A DNA stretch of 64,000 nt from Candidatus Bathyarchaeota archaeon (GTDB lineage: Archaea > Thermoproteota > Bathyarchaeia > Bathyarchaeales > Bathycorpusculaceae): NCBI GenBank assembly GCA_963720565.1, contig CAVRFW010000006.1:15521-79520 (forward strand). Direction: 5' to 3'. Position numbers and translations under genes: made by a program. The notes under the pieces were generated by a model, which worked only from the letters and a program-made list of their open reading frames with translations, was not told the origin of the DNA and made no database searches. Shown here piece after piece: positions 20,589-30,103 of the stretch. How positions within the stretch are numbered: the stretch's first letter is position 1; every line of letters begins with the position of its first letter.

Positions 20589-20607
20589 AAAGCATCAATC
20601 CCTTGTC

Positions 20608-21502
20608 CTATCTTTTGTGTTCTTTCTCATATAATGCCTTGGCAAGAAGTGCTGCGCCAATGGCACCTGCAACCATTGGATCTAATCCTTGGTCTCTCCA
20701 ATTTGGCGTAGGGAGACACTTAACACCCAGAATAGTCTCTATTCTGGAAACGATTCCGATGTTCTTAGATTGCCCACCCGTGATAACCAGTTCTTTCTCG
20801 AGGCCCACCCTGTTGATGAGGTTGCCCATCCTGACTGCCATTGCACGTGTGTAGGCTGCCAAAACTTTCTCCTTAGACCAGCCTTTGCGCAGCAGTCCCA
20901 CTGCCTCAGTTTTCGCGAAGGCTACACAAGTGCAGCTTACTGGAGGAGGTTCCTCGTCAACACTCAATGATACGGAACCCATGTCTTCAATCGGGATTTT
21001 CAGCAGGTCAGCAAACACTTCCATGCCCCTACCGGTGCCGGCAGCGCACTTGTCATTCATCAGAAATGAGGTGACCCGACCGGTCTCGTCACATCGAATC
21101 GCTTTTATGTCTTGGCCGCCAACATCCAGGACAGTTCTGACACTCGGTCCCCAAATGTAGTTCGCGCCTTTCGCGTGGCAGGCAATTTCAGTGATAGCTT
21201 TATTCGCCATAGGAACGTTAACTCTTCCATAGCCAGTTCCGACTATATACTTGAAATCGACTAGTCCTAAGATCAGTTCCTTCCATTGCCCAGCTCAGAG
21301 CTTTCTTGGCACTTTCGGGACTGTTGGATCCTGTCCGCATTATTCCCCAAGAATAAACTTCTCCGTCGATCAGTATAGCGGCCTTGGAGCCCACTGAACC
21401 GACGTCAACGCCTGCGGTGATAATTTCCTTGTTTTTCCATTTCTTATTCGAGAAGACTCGATGATATTCCTGCCATCTCCAATACTCAACATCTTCTTTC
21501 AC
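20608..21502 (-). CDS. ATP-dependent activator, BzdQ-like subunit (ASKHA ATPase, [4Fe-4S]), interrupted by one extra base near 21265
   Basis: EYWRW, ITAGVDVGSV and MRTGSNSP; after the shift YIVGTGYGRVNVP, EIACHAKG, DVGGQDIK, MNDKCAAGTG, SCTCVAFA. Confidence 0.85.
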
Positions 21503-21512
21503 TGGTTTTTAC

Positions 21513-22298
21513 TCATTTCTGCGACCTCTTGACTTTGTCGGCAGCTACTAAAGCTGCTCCGAGCGCTCCAGCGAATTCAGGATACGCAGGTATCAATACG
21601 TCGATACTTAGCTTTCTTTTTAATGAAGCGAGGAATCCGACGTCTTTGGCGACGCCACCCACCAGAATGACTTCAGGGTTTACTCCAAGTCTGTGAACCA
21701 TGGATGAGACGCGGTCAGCCATTGCGTCAAAAACCGCGCGCGCTATCTCGGGTTTTGATTCTTGACGATGAATCAAAGTCACAACATCCGACTCTCCGAA
21801 AATAACGCAGCTTGCGTTTATCGGGCTTGCTCGTTCCGCTTTAAGCGAAAGGGGCCCCATCTCTTCCAGTTTGACCTCTAATGCCCTCGCCATGGCCTCG
21901 ATGAACGCGCCGGCACCCGCAGCACATCGCTCATTCAGCACAAACTCCACCATAAGACCTTTGTCGTCGCATTTTACTGCTCTTGCTTCTTCTGCTCCAA
22001 CGTCTATTATCGTTCGGGCTTTCGGAAACAGGAATACACCTGCTTTCGCGTCTGCACCCATCATGCTTATGGTGCTGTTTGCGTTAATTGCCAACGCCAT
22101 GCCTGAACCGGTGGCAGCGACGTGATCAACATCACAGAGTGATAATTTCGCCTTTTTCAGCGCTTCCTCGAGAGCTTGCTCTGCGGCTTTTGTTGGGTCA
22201 AATCCCGAAAAAGTTTGACTACGAGAAATGACCTCTCCGTCTCTCAGGACTACAGCTTTTACGCTTTGTGTGCCTAAATCAACTCCTGCAGTTATCAT
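21513..22298 (-). CDS. ATP-dependent activator, BzdP/HgdC-like subunit
   Basis: MITAGVDLG, IDVGAEEARA, NERCAAGAGAF, NASCVIFGES, VGGVAK. Confidence 0.88.
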   Translation of the reverse strand: MITAGVDLGTQSVKAVVLRDGEVISRSQTFSGFDPTKAAEQALEEALKKAKLSLCDVDHVAATGSGMALAINANSTISMMGADAKAGVFLFPKARTIIDVGAEEARAVKCDDKGLMVEFVLNERCAAGAGAFIEAMARALEVKLEEMGPLSLKAERASPINASCVIFGESDVVTLIHRQESKPEIARAVFDAMADRVSSMVHRLGVNPEVILVGGVAKDVGFLASLKRKLSIDVLIPAYPEFAGALGAALVAADKVKRSQK

Positions 22299-22309
22299 TG
22301 ACGCAGCCT

Positions 22310-23653
22310 CTAGAAATCAATCCTTGCCGTAAGCATTTCCAAAAAAGCTTCGACTCTCGTCTTCATTTGTCCAACATCTTCTCGTGTGTACTCTGTATCC
22401 AAATAATAAACGGGCATATTAATCCGGTCTAAGACCTTCTTGACACGAGTATATTCCATTGCGTAGAGCATACAGCCGCGAACAACATAGTAAATTACTC
22501 CTTGAATATTCCACTCCTTAACCTTGTTTAGGAGCCAGTTGATTCGATCTTCGTTTCCGTCTGCAGATGTAAAGCAGGGGCATGTTGAAGCCATAAGATA
22601 ACGTTCACCGATGGCGTTAAACATATCATCCATTGACCATTCATCAACGCCTACAGGATCATAGAGCAGTCTCTCGCCTGAGCATAGTTCGTCAGCAATA
22701 AGGACGCCTTGAGGAGTGGCTTCCTCGACTAAACTGGGCAGTTTCCAATTGTCAGGCCATATCATAGGTGTGCCTGTCACCATTACCCTGGGGGTTTCTG
22801 GCGGGCACGCCCATTTCTTTTCTTGAACTAGTTTTTCAAGCTCGTCACATAGTGTTTCCGTCTTTTCAGTCCAACGTGTTATGTCATCCCACATGTAAGT
22901 TTGATTGACAAGCATTGCGTCTCTGCCCATAATTACGGGATTGCCTTTCCTGAGATCTTGCAGTCGGCGAAAAGCTTTTGTTGCCTTTTGGGTTTTCTCT
23001 ATTGCCGCTTTGAGTTTCTTAGCCGTTATCTTGTTTCCAGTTAGCGCTTCGATTTGTCCTTTGAGAGTCATTATTTCTTCTCTCCAGAAACGCATGGACT
23101 GCGCCGAATCCTTCACTCTCGGTAACGGCATAGACCAGACCGTCTGGTAGTCGCTCAGGATTTCGCCCATTTTTGTCATGCCGTCACAGGTTAGCACACT
23201 GATTAGTGCATCGCTCATTTCAAGATAAGGGGATAGGCCTATCATCTTGGCGCCTATGGTGGATCTTACAACTGGGCAGACTTCCACGGGCACGACGCGG
23301 TCTCCGAGTTTGGAGGTGTCATACCAGCCAGAGTTGACCCGAACGGGGATGGCATCCGCAGCCAAAATCAGTTCGGTAGGGGCGAACAAGCAAGTGTAGC
23401 CGATGACTTTTTTTCCGGCTTCTTTTGCTGCGCGAATCTCTTTTTCCCGCATGCCAAAAAAGTCCGCGACCTCATCGAAGTACTGCATTGTTTCAGGACG
23501 ATGTTTTGAGGTTTTTTTCATTCTGGCGATGTTTTCAGCCATGACTTTTTGGGAAGCAGCCTTGATTGATTCCCTGAGTTCGTCTATTTCTTTTTGAGAG
23601 ATTTCAGGTACGTATTTTCTTTCTTGTTGTTTTTCTTGTTGTTTTTCTTTCAT
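22310..23653 (-). CDS. 2-hydroxyacyl-CoA dehydratase/benzoyl-CoA reductase family Fe-S protein, possibly double-cubane type
   Basis: GYTCLFAPTE, EVCPVVRS, LTCDG, DELCSG, STCPCF, RGCMLY, GQMKTRVEAFLE. ORF track starts at 23686; GTG 23662 or ATG 23653 is more likely. Confidence 0.85.
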   Translation of the reverse strand: MKEKQQEKQQERKYVPEISQKEIDELRESIKAASQKVMAENIARMKKTSKHRPETMQYFDEVADFFGMREKEIRAAKEAGKKVIGYTCLFAPTELILAADAIPVRVNSGWYDTSKLGDRVVPVEVCPVVRSTIGAKMIGLSPYLEMSDALISVLTCDGMTKMGEILSDYQTVWSMPLPRVKDSAQSMRFWREEIMTLKGQIEALTGNKITAKKLKAAIEKTQKATKAFRRLQDLRKGNPVIMGRDAMLVNQTYMWDDITRWTEKTETLCDELEKLVQEKKWACPPETPRVMVTGTPMIWPDNWKLPSLVEEATPQGVLIADELCSGERLLYDPVGVDEWSMDDMFNAIGERYLMASTCPCFTSADGNEDRINWLLNKVKEWNIQGVIYYVVRGCMLYAMEYTRVKKVLDRINMPVYYLDTEYTREDVGQMKTRVEAFLEMLTARIDF

Positions 23654-23658
23654 CCTTC

Positions 23659-24654
23659 TCACTCGCTGTCGGTCGGCTTGAGCCAATTCCTAGATTTGAA
23701 GATTGTTTTCCTGCCCATGTTTAGTTTCAGACATCCTTCGTAGGGGCACATTTCTACGCATCGGAGGCATAACGTGCACATTGAGGTGGTTATTTTTCCT
23801 CCTTTCTGTTCGTAAATTTCGGTTACTTGTACGGGACAGACTCTTTTGCATATTCCACATTTTGTGCATTTTTCTTCGTCTTTGTCAAGATGAAGTGCTG
23901 GAGCCCACTTGAACCCTCTAAACCTGTTTACAACGGCGATAGACGAACCAGTTGGACAGAACCTACACCAAACGCGTCTTACCAGGAAAGATCCTGCCAC
24001 AGTCAATGTAACAAAAACTACTGCCAACACTAAGCCTATAGTACCGCTAAGATCTATTGCGCTGGAGTAATCAAGTATTTCCTGGATGTAAGGATAGCTG
24101 AAATATAAACCGCCGATTTCCAACGGGCCTTTCCAAGGTACAATCAGAGTTATTATTGGCCCAAGCAAAACGCTTAGTGGTTTGAACGGTCCCGCAAGGA
24201 TTAGGGCCAAAACGATCCCGAAGTCTAATGTCGGCGGAGGATCTATTGCATATAGGACAAAGGGTATAATCAGGAAAAATAGGAATAGCACATACCTGAA
24301 ATTGTGCAGGTACTTGTTTAGTTTTTCTGGGAGGTTTCGGTGGCGTATTTTGAAAAGCTTCCGGACTACTGTAATCAAGTCCATGTAGAATGCGAATGGG
24401 CAGAGCCAACCGCAGAAGAGGCGCCCTAGAACAAGCGGGATTAAGAAAATTACTCCTATCACATAGAGCAGTTGTATGGGATTCGTGAAGATGTAGAAAA
24501 TCGCGATAAAAGACACGGCCTGAACAACAAATCGTAGGTAGGTTACTTTTGTGGCGAGACCTTTTTTCCATATAAGGATAACGAGGATCCCCGCTATGGC
24601 AATTCCTGCGAGAACGGTTATCTTGAGTATTTCCGCCAGGATTTCTATCATCAC
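23659..24654 (-). CDS. NapH/MauN-type membrane polyferredoxin (4Fe-4S binding)
   Basis: Several TM helices, GRLFCGWLCPF, WCRFCPTG, CTKCGICKRVCP, CTLCLRCVEMCP. Confidence 0.88.
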   Translation of the reverse strand: MMIEILAEILKITVLAGIAIAGILVILIWKKGLATKVTYLRFVVQAVSFIAIFYIFTNPIQLLYVIGVIFLIPLVLGRLFCGWLCPFAFYMDLITVVRKLFKIRHRNLPEKLNKYLHNFRYVLFLFFLIIPFVLYAIDPPPTLDFGIVLALILAGPFKPLSVLLGPIITLIVPWKGPLEIGGLYFSYPYIQEILDYSSAIDLSGTIGLVLAVVFVTLTVAGSFLVRRVWCRFCPTGSSIAVVNRFRGFKWAPALHLDKDEEKCTKCGICKRVCPVQVTEIYEQKGGKITTSMCTLCLRCVEMCPYEGCLKLNMGRKTIFKSRNWLKPTDSE

Positions 24655-24664
24655 TTTTAGCCGC

Positions 24665-25357
24665 CTATGTGACCAAGATTGCGCTTATCAGAGTGCTAAA
24701 TCCGAGAACCACCAAGAACACACCGCCAAGTATGGATATCCACCTTCTAAAATGTGGTGCCTTATTTAGAAGCCAGCCTGTGACTCCGGCTACAATCAGC
24801 ATTGGAGACAGAGCTGTGCCTATTCCGAACAGTATGGCTACGATGAGACTGTCAAACTGAGTTGCAAATGCTGTAGAGTAAGTGACCAGGAGCAGTAGTA
24901 ATGGTGGACATACAATTAGACCTCTGCTTAGACCAAGCGAGAAAGCGTGTAAATCGAATTTTCGGTTAGTACTGTTCAATGTTAAGTTTGTCTTGCCCGT
25001 TGGGACGCAATTGTCGCAGGAATGCAATGTTTGTCTGCTCTTGAGTAGTATGTTAACGCCGATTGCGATTGTAACAAAGGCGAAGGCAAAGGAAGAGTAT
25101 GTTTGGAATGAAGAGAGAATTTGATCGCTCAAGATAATTTTAAACAAGCCAATTGCTGCACCAATGAGCGCATAAGCTGTCACGCGACCTGAATTATATA
25201 AAAGTGTTACAAATATTCCCTCCCGGAACCCAGCTCCTATGCCTGCAATATAACTTGCTAGGTATGGCAAACATGCTGAGGTACAGAATACGAATCCATA
25301 CGAAAGCCCTACTGCAAAAGCGGCAATATACGGATTTGTGATTCCAAGCAGGGACAT
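24665..25357 (-). CDS. DsbD/CcdA-like (TauE/SafE-type) six-TM membrane protein
   Basis: FCTSACLP, YNSGRVTAY, GLIVCPP, FGIGT motifs; hydrophobic throughout. Confidence 0.75.
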   Translation of the reverse strand: MSLLGITNPYIAAFAVGLSYGFVFCTSACLPYLASYIAGIGAGFREGIFVTLLYNSGRVTAYALIGAAIGLFKIILSDQILSSFQTYSSFAFAFVTIAIGVNILLKSRQTLHSCDNCVPTGKTNLTLNSTNRKFDLHAFSLGLSRGLIVCPPLLLLLVTYSTAFATQFDSLIVAILFGIGTALSPMLIVAGVTGWLLNKAPHFRRWISILGGVFLVVLGFSTLISAILVT

Positions 25358-25509
25358 TGGTTGTGTCTCTTTTGATTTTTGGTTAAAGGAAATAGATAAG
25401 AGAGCATTTAAAGCTTACACAATATAGCACAATTTACGGATTCAAAGGATTACAAGCTCTTGACAAATATTCTTCTGCACAGGGGTTCAGTGTGAGACCC
25501 ATTCTCTCT

Positions 25510-27750
25510 CTACGGCGAAGTAATTACTCTGGTGTTGTACTCTTGCAGGTAGTTCAGGTGTTCTTGATCATATGGGTAGCTTTCTGTTGATGGATAAGGG
25601 AAGCCACTCATGTTGAGGAAGGGCAACGGGTCTACAGTCCAGTTGAATCCGTAACCCCAGTTTCCTGGTGGGTCCTTAAACCAGCAAGCGACGAACAGGA
25701 AGTAGTCTCTTTCCATGCCCTCTTCAAGTGGCGATAGGTTCTCGGTTGAGAACTTCATGGAGACTTTGTCACCTTGCATTCCGATTACGTACATGTCATC
25801 AGCTTCCAGAAGTAAGGGGGTTACATCGCCATACTTGGTGAATGCTCCTGAGGCGGTCGACTTTGTGTCGCCGAAGCCAATCTGCTCCAGAACGGCGGTA
25901 GGGTTGATTCTCTGGATTATGACGGCTTCTTGGGGAGAAGTGTCTATTGCTATGTAGTCGAAGGTTACATTCCAGTAATTGTTAATTCTGATTTGGTATT
26001 CGTTAACGTCTTCTGGGAAGATTCCTGTCAAGTCAACGACGAAACTTCTTGGAACATAATCCGAGGGTATGGGCATCGGCTTATCTTGGGAAACGCGCAC
26101 CCAATGACCAGTTGAATTTTTAACTTCCATGTAAGTAGACGGACAGAGTTGCGTGCCGCTTGGCACTAATCCTTCATCGAACGCTGCCTTAAAGCTGTCT
26201 ATCCACTCGTAGTAGGGTTCAGCTTGACCCCAATCGACCATTCCGCGGACTACAAGTTTGATTTCTTGTGCACCAGATAAATCGCCAAGGTTCAATGTCA
26301 ACTGATTCATTTTGATGTTATCCCAGGACGGACTGAGAAGCCCATTCAGTCCTGGTGTAAAAACGCCGTCAGGCTCTAGTATTTGACCCAAGACGTCCTC
26401 TCCTTTTTCATTGGTGGCTGAGAGTGGAGATGACAGGTCGTTTTTGCTTACGGAGTAGACTTGACCGTTGAAGAATTGGTTGACATAATTTACCATAGTT
26501 GTGTAGACATCCGTTCCAGCTGGGTGGTCAGCTACTATCAAATAAGCTGCATCAAGGTAGAATATTTCGTCCCATTGCTGAAACAGGACCAAATCATAAT
26601 AGCCATCTCCGTCCACGTCTCTTGTCGCTAGCTGGTTTTTATCAAGTTTAACGAAGTCCCATGGGTTTCCGCCGCTGAATACGATATCGCCGTTTTCATC
26701 GATGTAATCGATGTAGCCTAGCCAGCCAGCATTTGAGACCTCGGTGACGTAGACATAATTTGTTCCATTCCAAAAATACAGAGAAGGACAAGATGCATAT
26801 CCACTGATTAAAGTGTATGAGGCAACTACGATTAATCGGCTCTCCAGAGTTACCGTTGTCGTAGTGCTAGTAACGCCGTTGCTCCAATAGTCAAACTCGA
26901 ACACGGCAGTGTCGGTTGTGAATGGATTAGGCACTGTAAGAGTATACTGTCCAACAGGCATGAGAGCTGAATATGGAGTCTTATAGGTTTCTCCGTTTAA
27001 GGTGAAGGGCAGGGCGGTTGAGCCTCCTCCTGACCTGTTTACTGTTAGTGTGTGATAGCCTGTTTTCACTATTACAAAGCTCCCACTTAGGCTGTTTACT
27101 CTGACTGTGTGCTTTCCTTCGGTTGTCGCGTTTACCGTGAATGCCACTGTTGTGGTTTCTCCCACTGCTAACTCAATTCTTCTGTTTTCCACCAGCGAAT
27201 CATCCACGAAAAGTTTAACCGAAAGGACGTCTGTTTCGGTTCCCGTGTTGCTGGCTACAACTGAGATGGTTATGGGTTCATCAACCCAGCCTTCATAGGG
27301 ATTTGTAAGTAGGTTTGACAAGCGTATGCTACTTGCCGTTGGAGGTGCTTCTTTGATCAGGAATGAGCCAGTTAATCCGTCTATTTCAACCGTGTAGTTC
27401 CCTATGGCGGAAGCTAGATACATGAATTCTACAATGGTTGAGGTGTGGTTACCGGCGAGTATGATTGTTTGGTTTTCAATCAGCACATTATTGATTGTAA
27501 GGTTAGCAATGTGGGTGCCCTCAAGGTCACCTATGTTGGTAACGTTGACCGAGAAGAAAGTTGGCTCACCTTCTTCAGCTTCAACCGGATTAATAGTGAG
27601 GTCAGTTACCTTGAATTCACTCGGTTTCAGTTCGGCAGCGATTAAGCCTTCATTCTGAAGATAAATGTAAGTCCCAGCAGCCACAGCTACGATTATTATG
27701 TCAATTATTAGAATCGCTTTCATTTTGGTTATGCCTGAGCGGGACAGCAT
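25510..27750 (-). CDS. Large surface protein with CARDB/Ig-like repeats and a C-terminal SCP-LY-W domain
   Basis: N-terminal RSG|ITKMKAILIIDIIIVAVAAG resembles a class III signal peptide; VNVTNIG and VASNTG CARDB-like repeats; ASCPSLYFWNG. ORF track extends to 27864. Confidence 0.75.
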   Translation of the reverse strand: MLSRSGITKMKAILIIDIIIVAVAAGTYIYLQNEGLIAAELKPSEFKVTDLTINPVEAEEGEPTFFSVNVTNIGDLEGTHIANLTINNVLIENQTIILAGNHTSTIVEFMYLASAIGNYTVEIDGLTGSFLIKEAPPTASSIRLSNLLTNPYEGWVDEPITISVVASNTGTETDVLSVKLFVDDSLVENRRIELAVGETTTVAFTVNATTEGKHTVRVNSLSGSFVIVKTGYHTLTVNRSGGGSTALPFTLNGETYKTPYSALMPVGQYTLTVPNPFTTDTAVFEFDYWSNGVTSTTTTVTLESRLIVVASYTLISGYASCPSLYFWNGTNYVYVTEVSNAGWLGYIDYIDENGDIVFSGGNPWDFVKLDKNQLATRDVDGDGYYDLVLFQQWDEIFYLDAAYLIVADHPAGTDVYTTMVNYVNQFFNGQVYSVSKNDLSSPLSATNEKGEDVLGQILEPDGVFTPGLNGLLSPSWDNIKMNQLTLNLGDLSGAQEIKLVVRGMVDWGQAEPYYEWIDSFKAAFDEGLVPSGTQLCPSTYMEVKNSTGHWVRVSQDKPMPIPSDYVPRSFVVDLTGIFPEDVNEYQIRINNYWNVTFDYIAIDTSPQEAVIIQRINPTAVLEQIGFGDTKSTASGAFTKYGDVTPLLLEADDMYVIGMQGDKVSMKFSTENLSPLEEGMERDYFLFVACWFKDPPGNWGYGFNWTVDPLPFLNMSGFPYPSTESYPYDQEHLNYLQEYNTRVITSP

Positions 27751-28014
27751 GAACGTTCGCACTGACAGTAATTGAATCAACGAATATTTATTTGTAACCT
27801 TCCAAGATCTGCTTTGACGTTCTCTCTTCTCAGGAGAAAATGGTTGCTGGCAAACCTTTGACACGAGTATTAAAAAGACAAAGTCTATCCAGAGAGGGAG
27901 GTCTACTATCAGTAAATATCACAGAATATTTAGTCAATTGCTCTTTCAGCGTCAAGGTAAAGAAATGCTTATAGGGTATTGTTGTGGCTTAAAACTTCAG
28001 AAGCGCATTGTAAT

Positions 28015-28092
28015 GGGCGGGTAGATCAGCCTGGTACGATCGCCACGTTGGCATCGTGGAGGCCGCGGGTTCGAATCCCGCCCCGTCCACCA
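28015..28092 (+). tRNA. tRNA-Ala(GGC)
   Basis: GGGCGGG/CCCGTCC acceptor with G3.U70, CCACG-TTGGCAT-CGTGG anticodon arm, GCGGG-TTCGAAT-CCCGC, ACCA. Confidence 0.96.
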
Positions 28093-28109
28093 ATCAGATG
28101 TTTCATTGG

Positions 28110-28469
28110 TTATGCTTCTTTAGCAGGTATTCTTCCGCCTATGGCTCGGTTGATGACCTTCGCGTACTTGTTTGTAAGGTTCACTATGTCTTTGTCTGTT
28201 TGGTCAGAACCACCGTAGAGGAGGCCGTTTTGACTGCGTCTGAAAATCACCGACATTTCTTTTCCATCTTTAAGTTTGATTCTTAGCTGAGTAAGGTTGG
28301 TGAGAAAGTGCGTTTCGACGATAGCACCGGAGATGTTTTCAAGGAGAGTCTCTCCTATTATGTTGTCTTTATCGAGAATAAGTAAGCGTTGGTTGGTTAC
28401 AGCGATGGTGTTTCCCCAACCGGTTTTGCCTTTGTCTATTATAAGGTGTTCGCCAGGTTTAAGCCTCAC
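28110..28469 (-). CDS. Hypothetical protein, PH-domain-like
   Basis: LKPGE...IAVTNQRLLIL...LENI pattern typical of prokaryotic PH-like domains. Confidence 0.6.
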   Translation of the reverse strand: MRLKPGEHLIIDKGKTGWGNTIAVTNQRLLILDKDNIIGETLLENISGAIVETHFLTNLTQLRIKLKDGKEMSVIFRRSQNGLLYGGSDQTDKDIVNLTNKYAKVINRAIGGRIPAKEA

Positions 28470-28574
28470 CTTTTCGCCCCCTTACAGTGTAATATGTTCA
28501 AAGATGTTATTATAAATTGAGACATACTTCGAGGTTTTTAATCGAAAAATTATTAGTCTGAGTCGTTCTATAAC

Positions 28575-29009
28575 TTGTTTGGGGAAGTTGGGTGCCCGCG
28601 TATGTGCGCCTCCAGTGATTCTTCAAAGTTTGCAATGCAAGAGAAGAGAAAAGTGCTCAGCATGTTAAGAGAGATGTGGCTAGAAGGAGATTCCCCCTTG
28701 CGGCGCATATACTCTTCGTGGGAGCAGCTTGAGGAAAATTTGGAGTTAACTTCGGAAGCGACAAGCACAGAGAAGCGCACACTCAAGCCATGCCCTTACT
28801 GCGGCGCAAACCAGAATGTAGCTGTACCGATAGCGGGGATTTTTCCATATCAAAACTGCAAATCATGCAAAAATGCCTTCCATGTCAGCAAGAACTTGAT
28901 TGTAAGAGAGCTAACTGATGAAGAGAAAAGAGAAATACCCAACGCGTGGTTTCAGGTCATCGAAGATTTGAGCAGGAAAAAAGTGGCAGTGGTTTTCAGA
29001 ATAGAGTGA
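28575..29009 (+). CDS. Zinc-ribbon protein
   Basis: CPYC...CKSC; the true start may be downstream, for example TTG near 28740 after GAGG. Confidence 0.6.
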   Translation: MFGEVGCPRMCASSDSSKFAMQEKRKVLSMLREMWLEGDSPLRRIYSSWEQLEENLELTSEATSTEKRTLKPCPYCGANQNVAVPIAGIFPYQNCKSCKNAFHVSKNLIVRELTDEEKREIPNAWFQVIEDLSRKKVAVVFRIE

Positions 29010-29323
29010 AATAACGGCAGACGCTCTCCTATCGCACTCTTGTAAATCCCTTCAATTCACCTCTTTGATTGCTGTTTCTTTCGCGTTTGACTTCGGAACT
29101 GCAGCAATTCGTCAAATGCGCGTGCGCTAACTTGATTAAGAATCCTTTAGAGATACATAAAAACTTGCAAAACTACTTTGCTTTTTAGGCGTTAAATGAG
29201 TTTGAAGATTTCTTGGGAAAGCATTTCTACAGACTATTATTCGGGGTACTAAAATGTCGCGTAAAAACTGAAGTAAGCTTCAAACGAAGAGTGAATAAAA
29301 AGAAAAAAGTGGGTGCAGTTGGC

Positions 29324-29905
29324 TTAGTAGTTTTCTACCCAGACTTCGAAGTAGCTTTGCTCGTGGCTACAGACGGGACACGGTGATGGTGCTTCGCTGC
29401 CCTCGTGCACGTAACCGCAGTTTCGGCATTTCCACTTGATTGGTGCATCTTTCTTGAAAACTTTGCCTTGGCGTACATTGGCCAGAAGCTTTAGGTAGCG
29501 TTTCTCATGGTAGGCCTCTACTTTAGCCACATTCCTGAAAGTTGAGGCAACATCCGTGAAGCCTTCTTGGTCAGCTACTTCTGCAAACTGAGGGTACAAA
29601 GTGCCCCATTCCAGATTCTCACCATCGGCGGCTGCCTTCAAATTCCCCGAAGTTGGTCCTATGATCCCTGCTGGATAAGACGCGGTTATTTCAACATCTC
29701 CGCCTTGCAGATGTTTAAAGAAAAGTTCTGCATGTTCTTTCTCGTTGTCCGCAGTCTCCTGGAATATTGCAGCTATCTGCTCGTATCCTTCTTTCTTGGC
29801 TTTGCTGGAAAAGAAAGTGTACCTGGTTCTAGCCTGAGATTCGCCTGCAAACGATGCCAAAAGATTCCTCTCTGTTTTGCTGCCTTTCAAATCCATGACG
29901 TTCAA
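29324..29905 (-). CDS. rbr: Rubrerythrin
   Basis: AGESQA, ENEKEH-type and EAYHE di-iron motifs, C-terminal WKCRNCGY...CPVC. Confidence 0.95.
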   Translation of the reverse strand: MNVMDLKGSKTERNLLASFAGESQARTRYTFFSSKAKKEGYEQIAAIFQETADNEKEHAELFFKHLQGGDVEITASYPAGIIGPTSGNLKAAADGENLEWGTLYPQFAEVADQEGFTDVASTFRNVAKVEAYHEKRYLKLLANVRQGKVFKKDAPIKWKCRNCGYVHEGSEAPSPCPVCSHEQSYFEVWVENY

Positions 29906-30103
29906 TCTCCTATTGGCAGTCTATTGGAATTGAACAATAAAAGGGTTGCTTGGACTGCCTATTTACCTTAATTGGAAAACTCGTTTCACATGGACCATGG
30001 TTCTTAGCAAAAGATATTGAGGTAATTCTCTATTTTCCGTATGTTTTTTTCTCATTAGTTGACGCAATGTTCAAAAGAAACCGCTAATCATGATACGGTA
30101 ACA

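Noticed and set aside
20608-23653. Calling the cluster a canonical benzoyl-CoA reductase (bzdNOPQ)
   Set aside because: Only one catalytic-family subunit is present, and no benzoate-CoA ligase or dienoyl-CoA pathway genes are adjacent.
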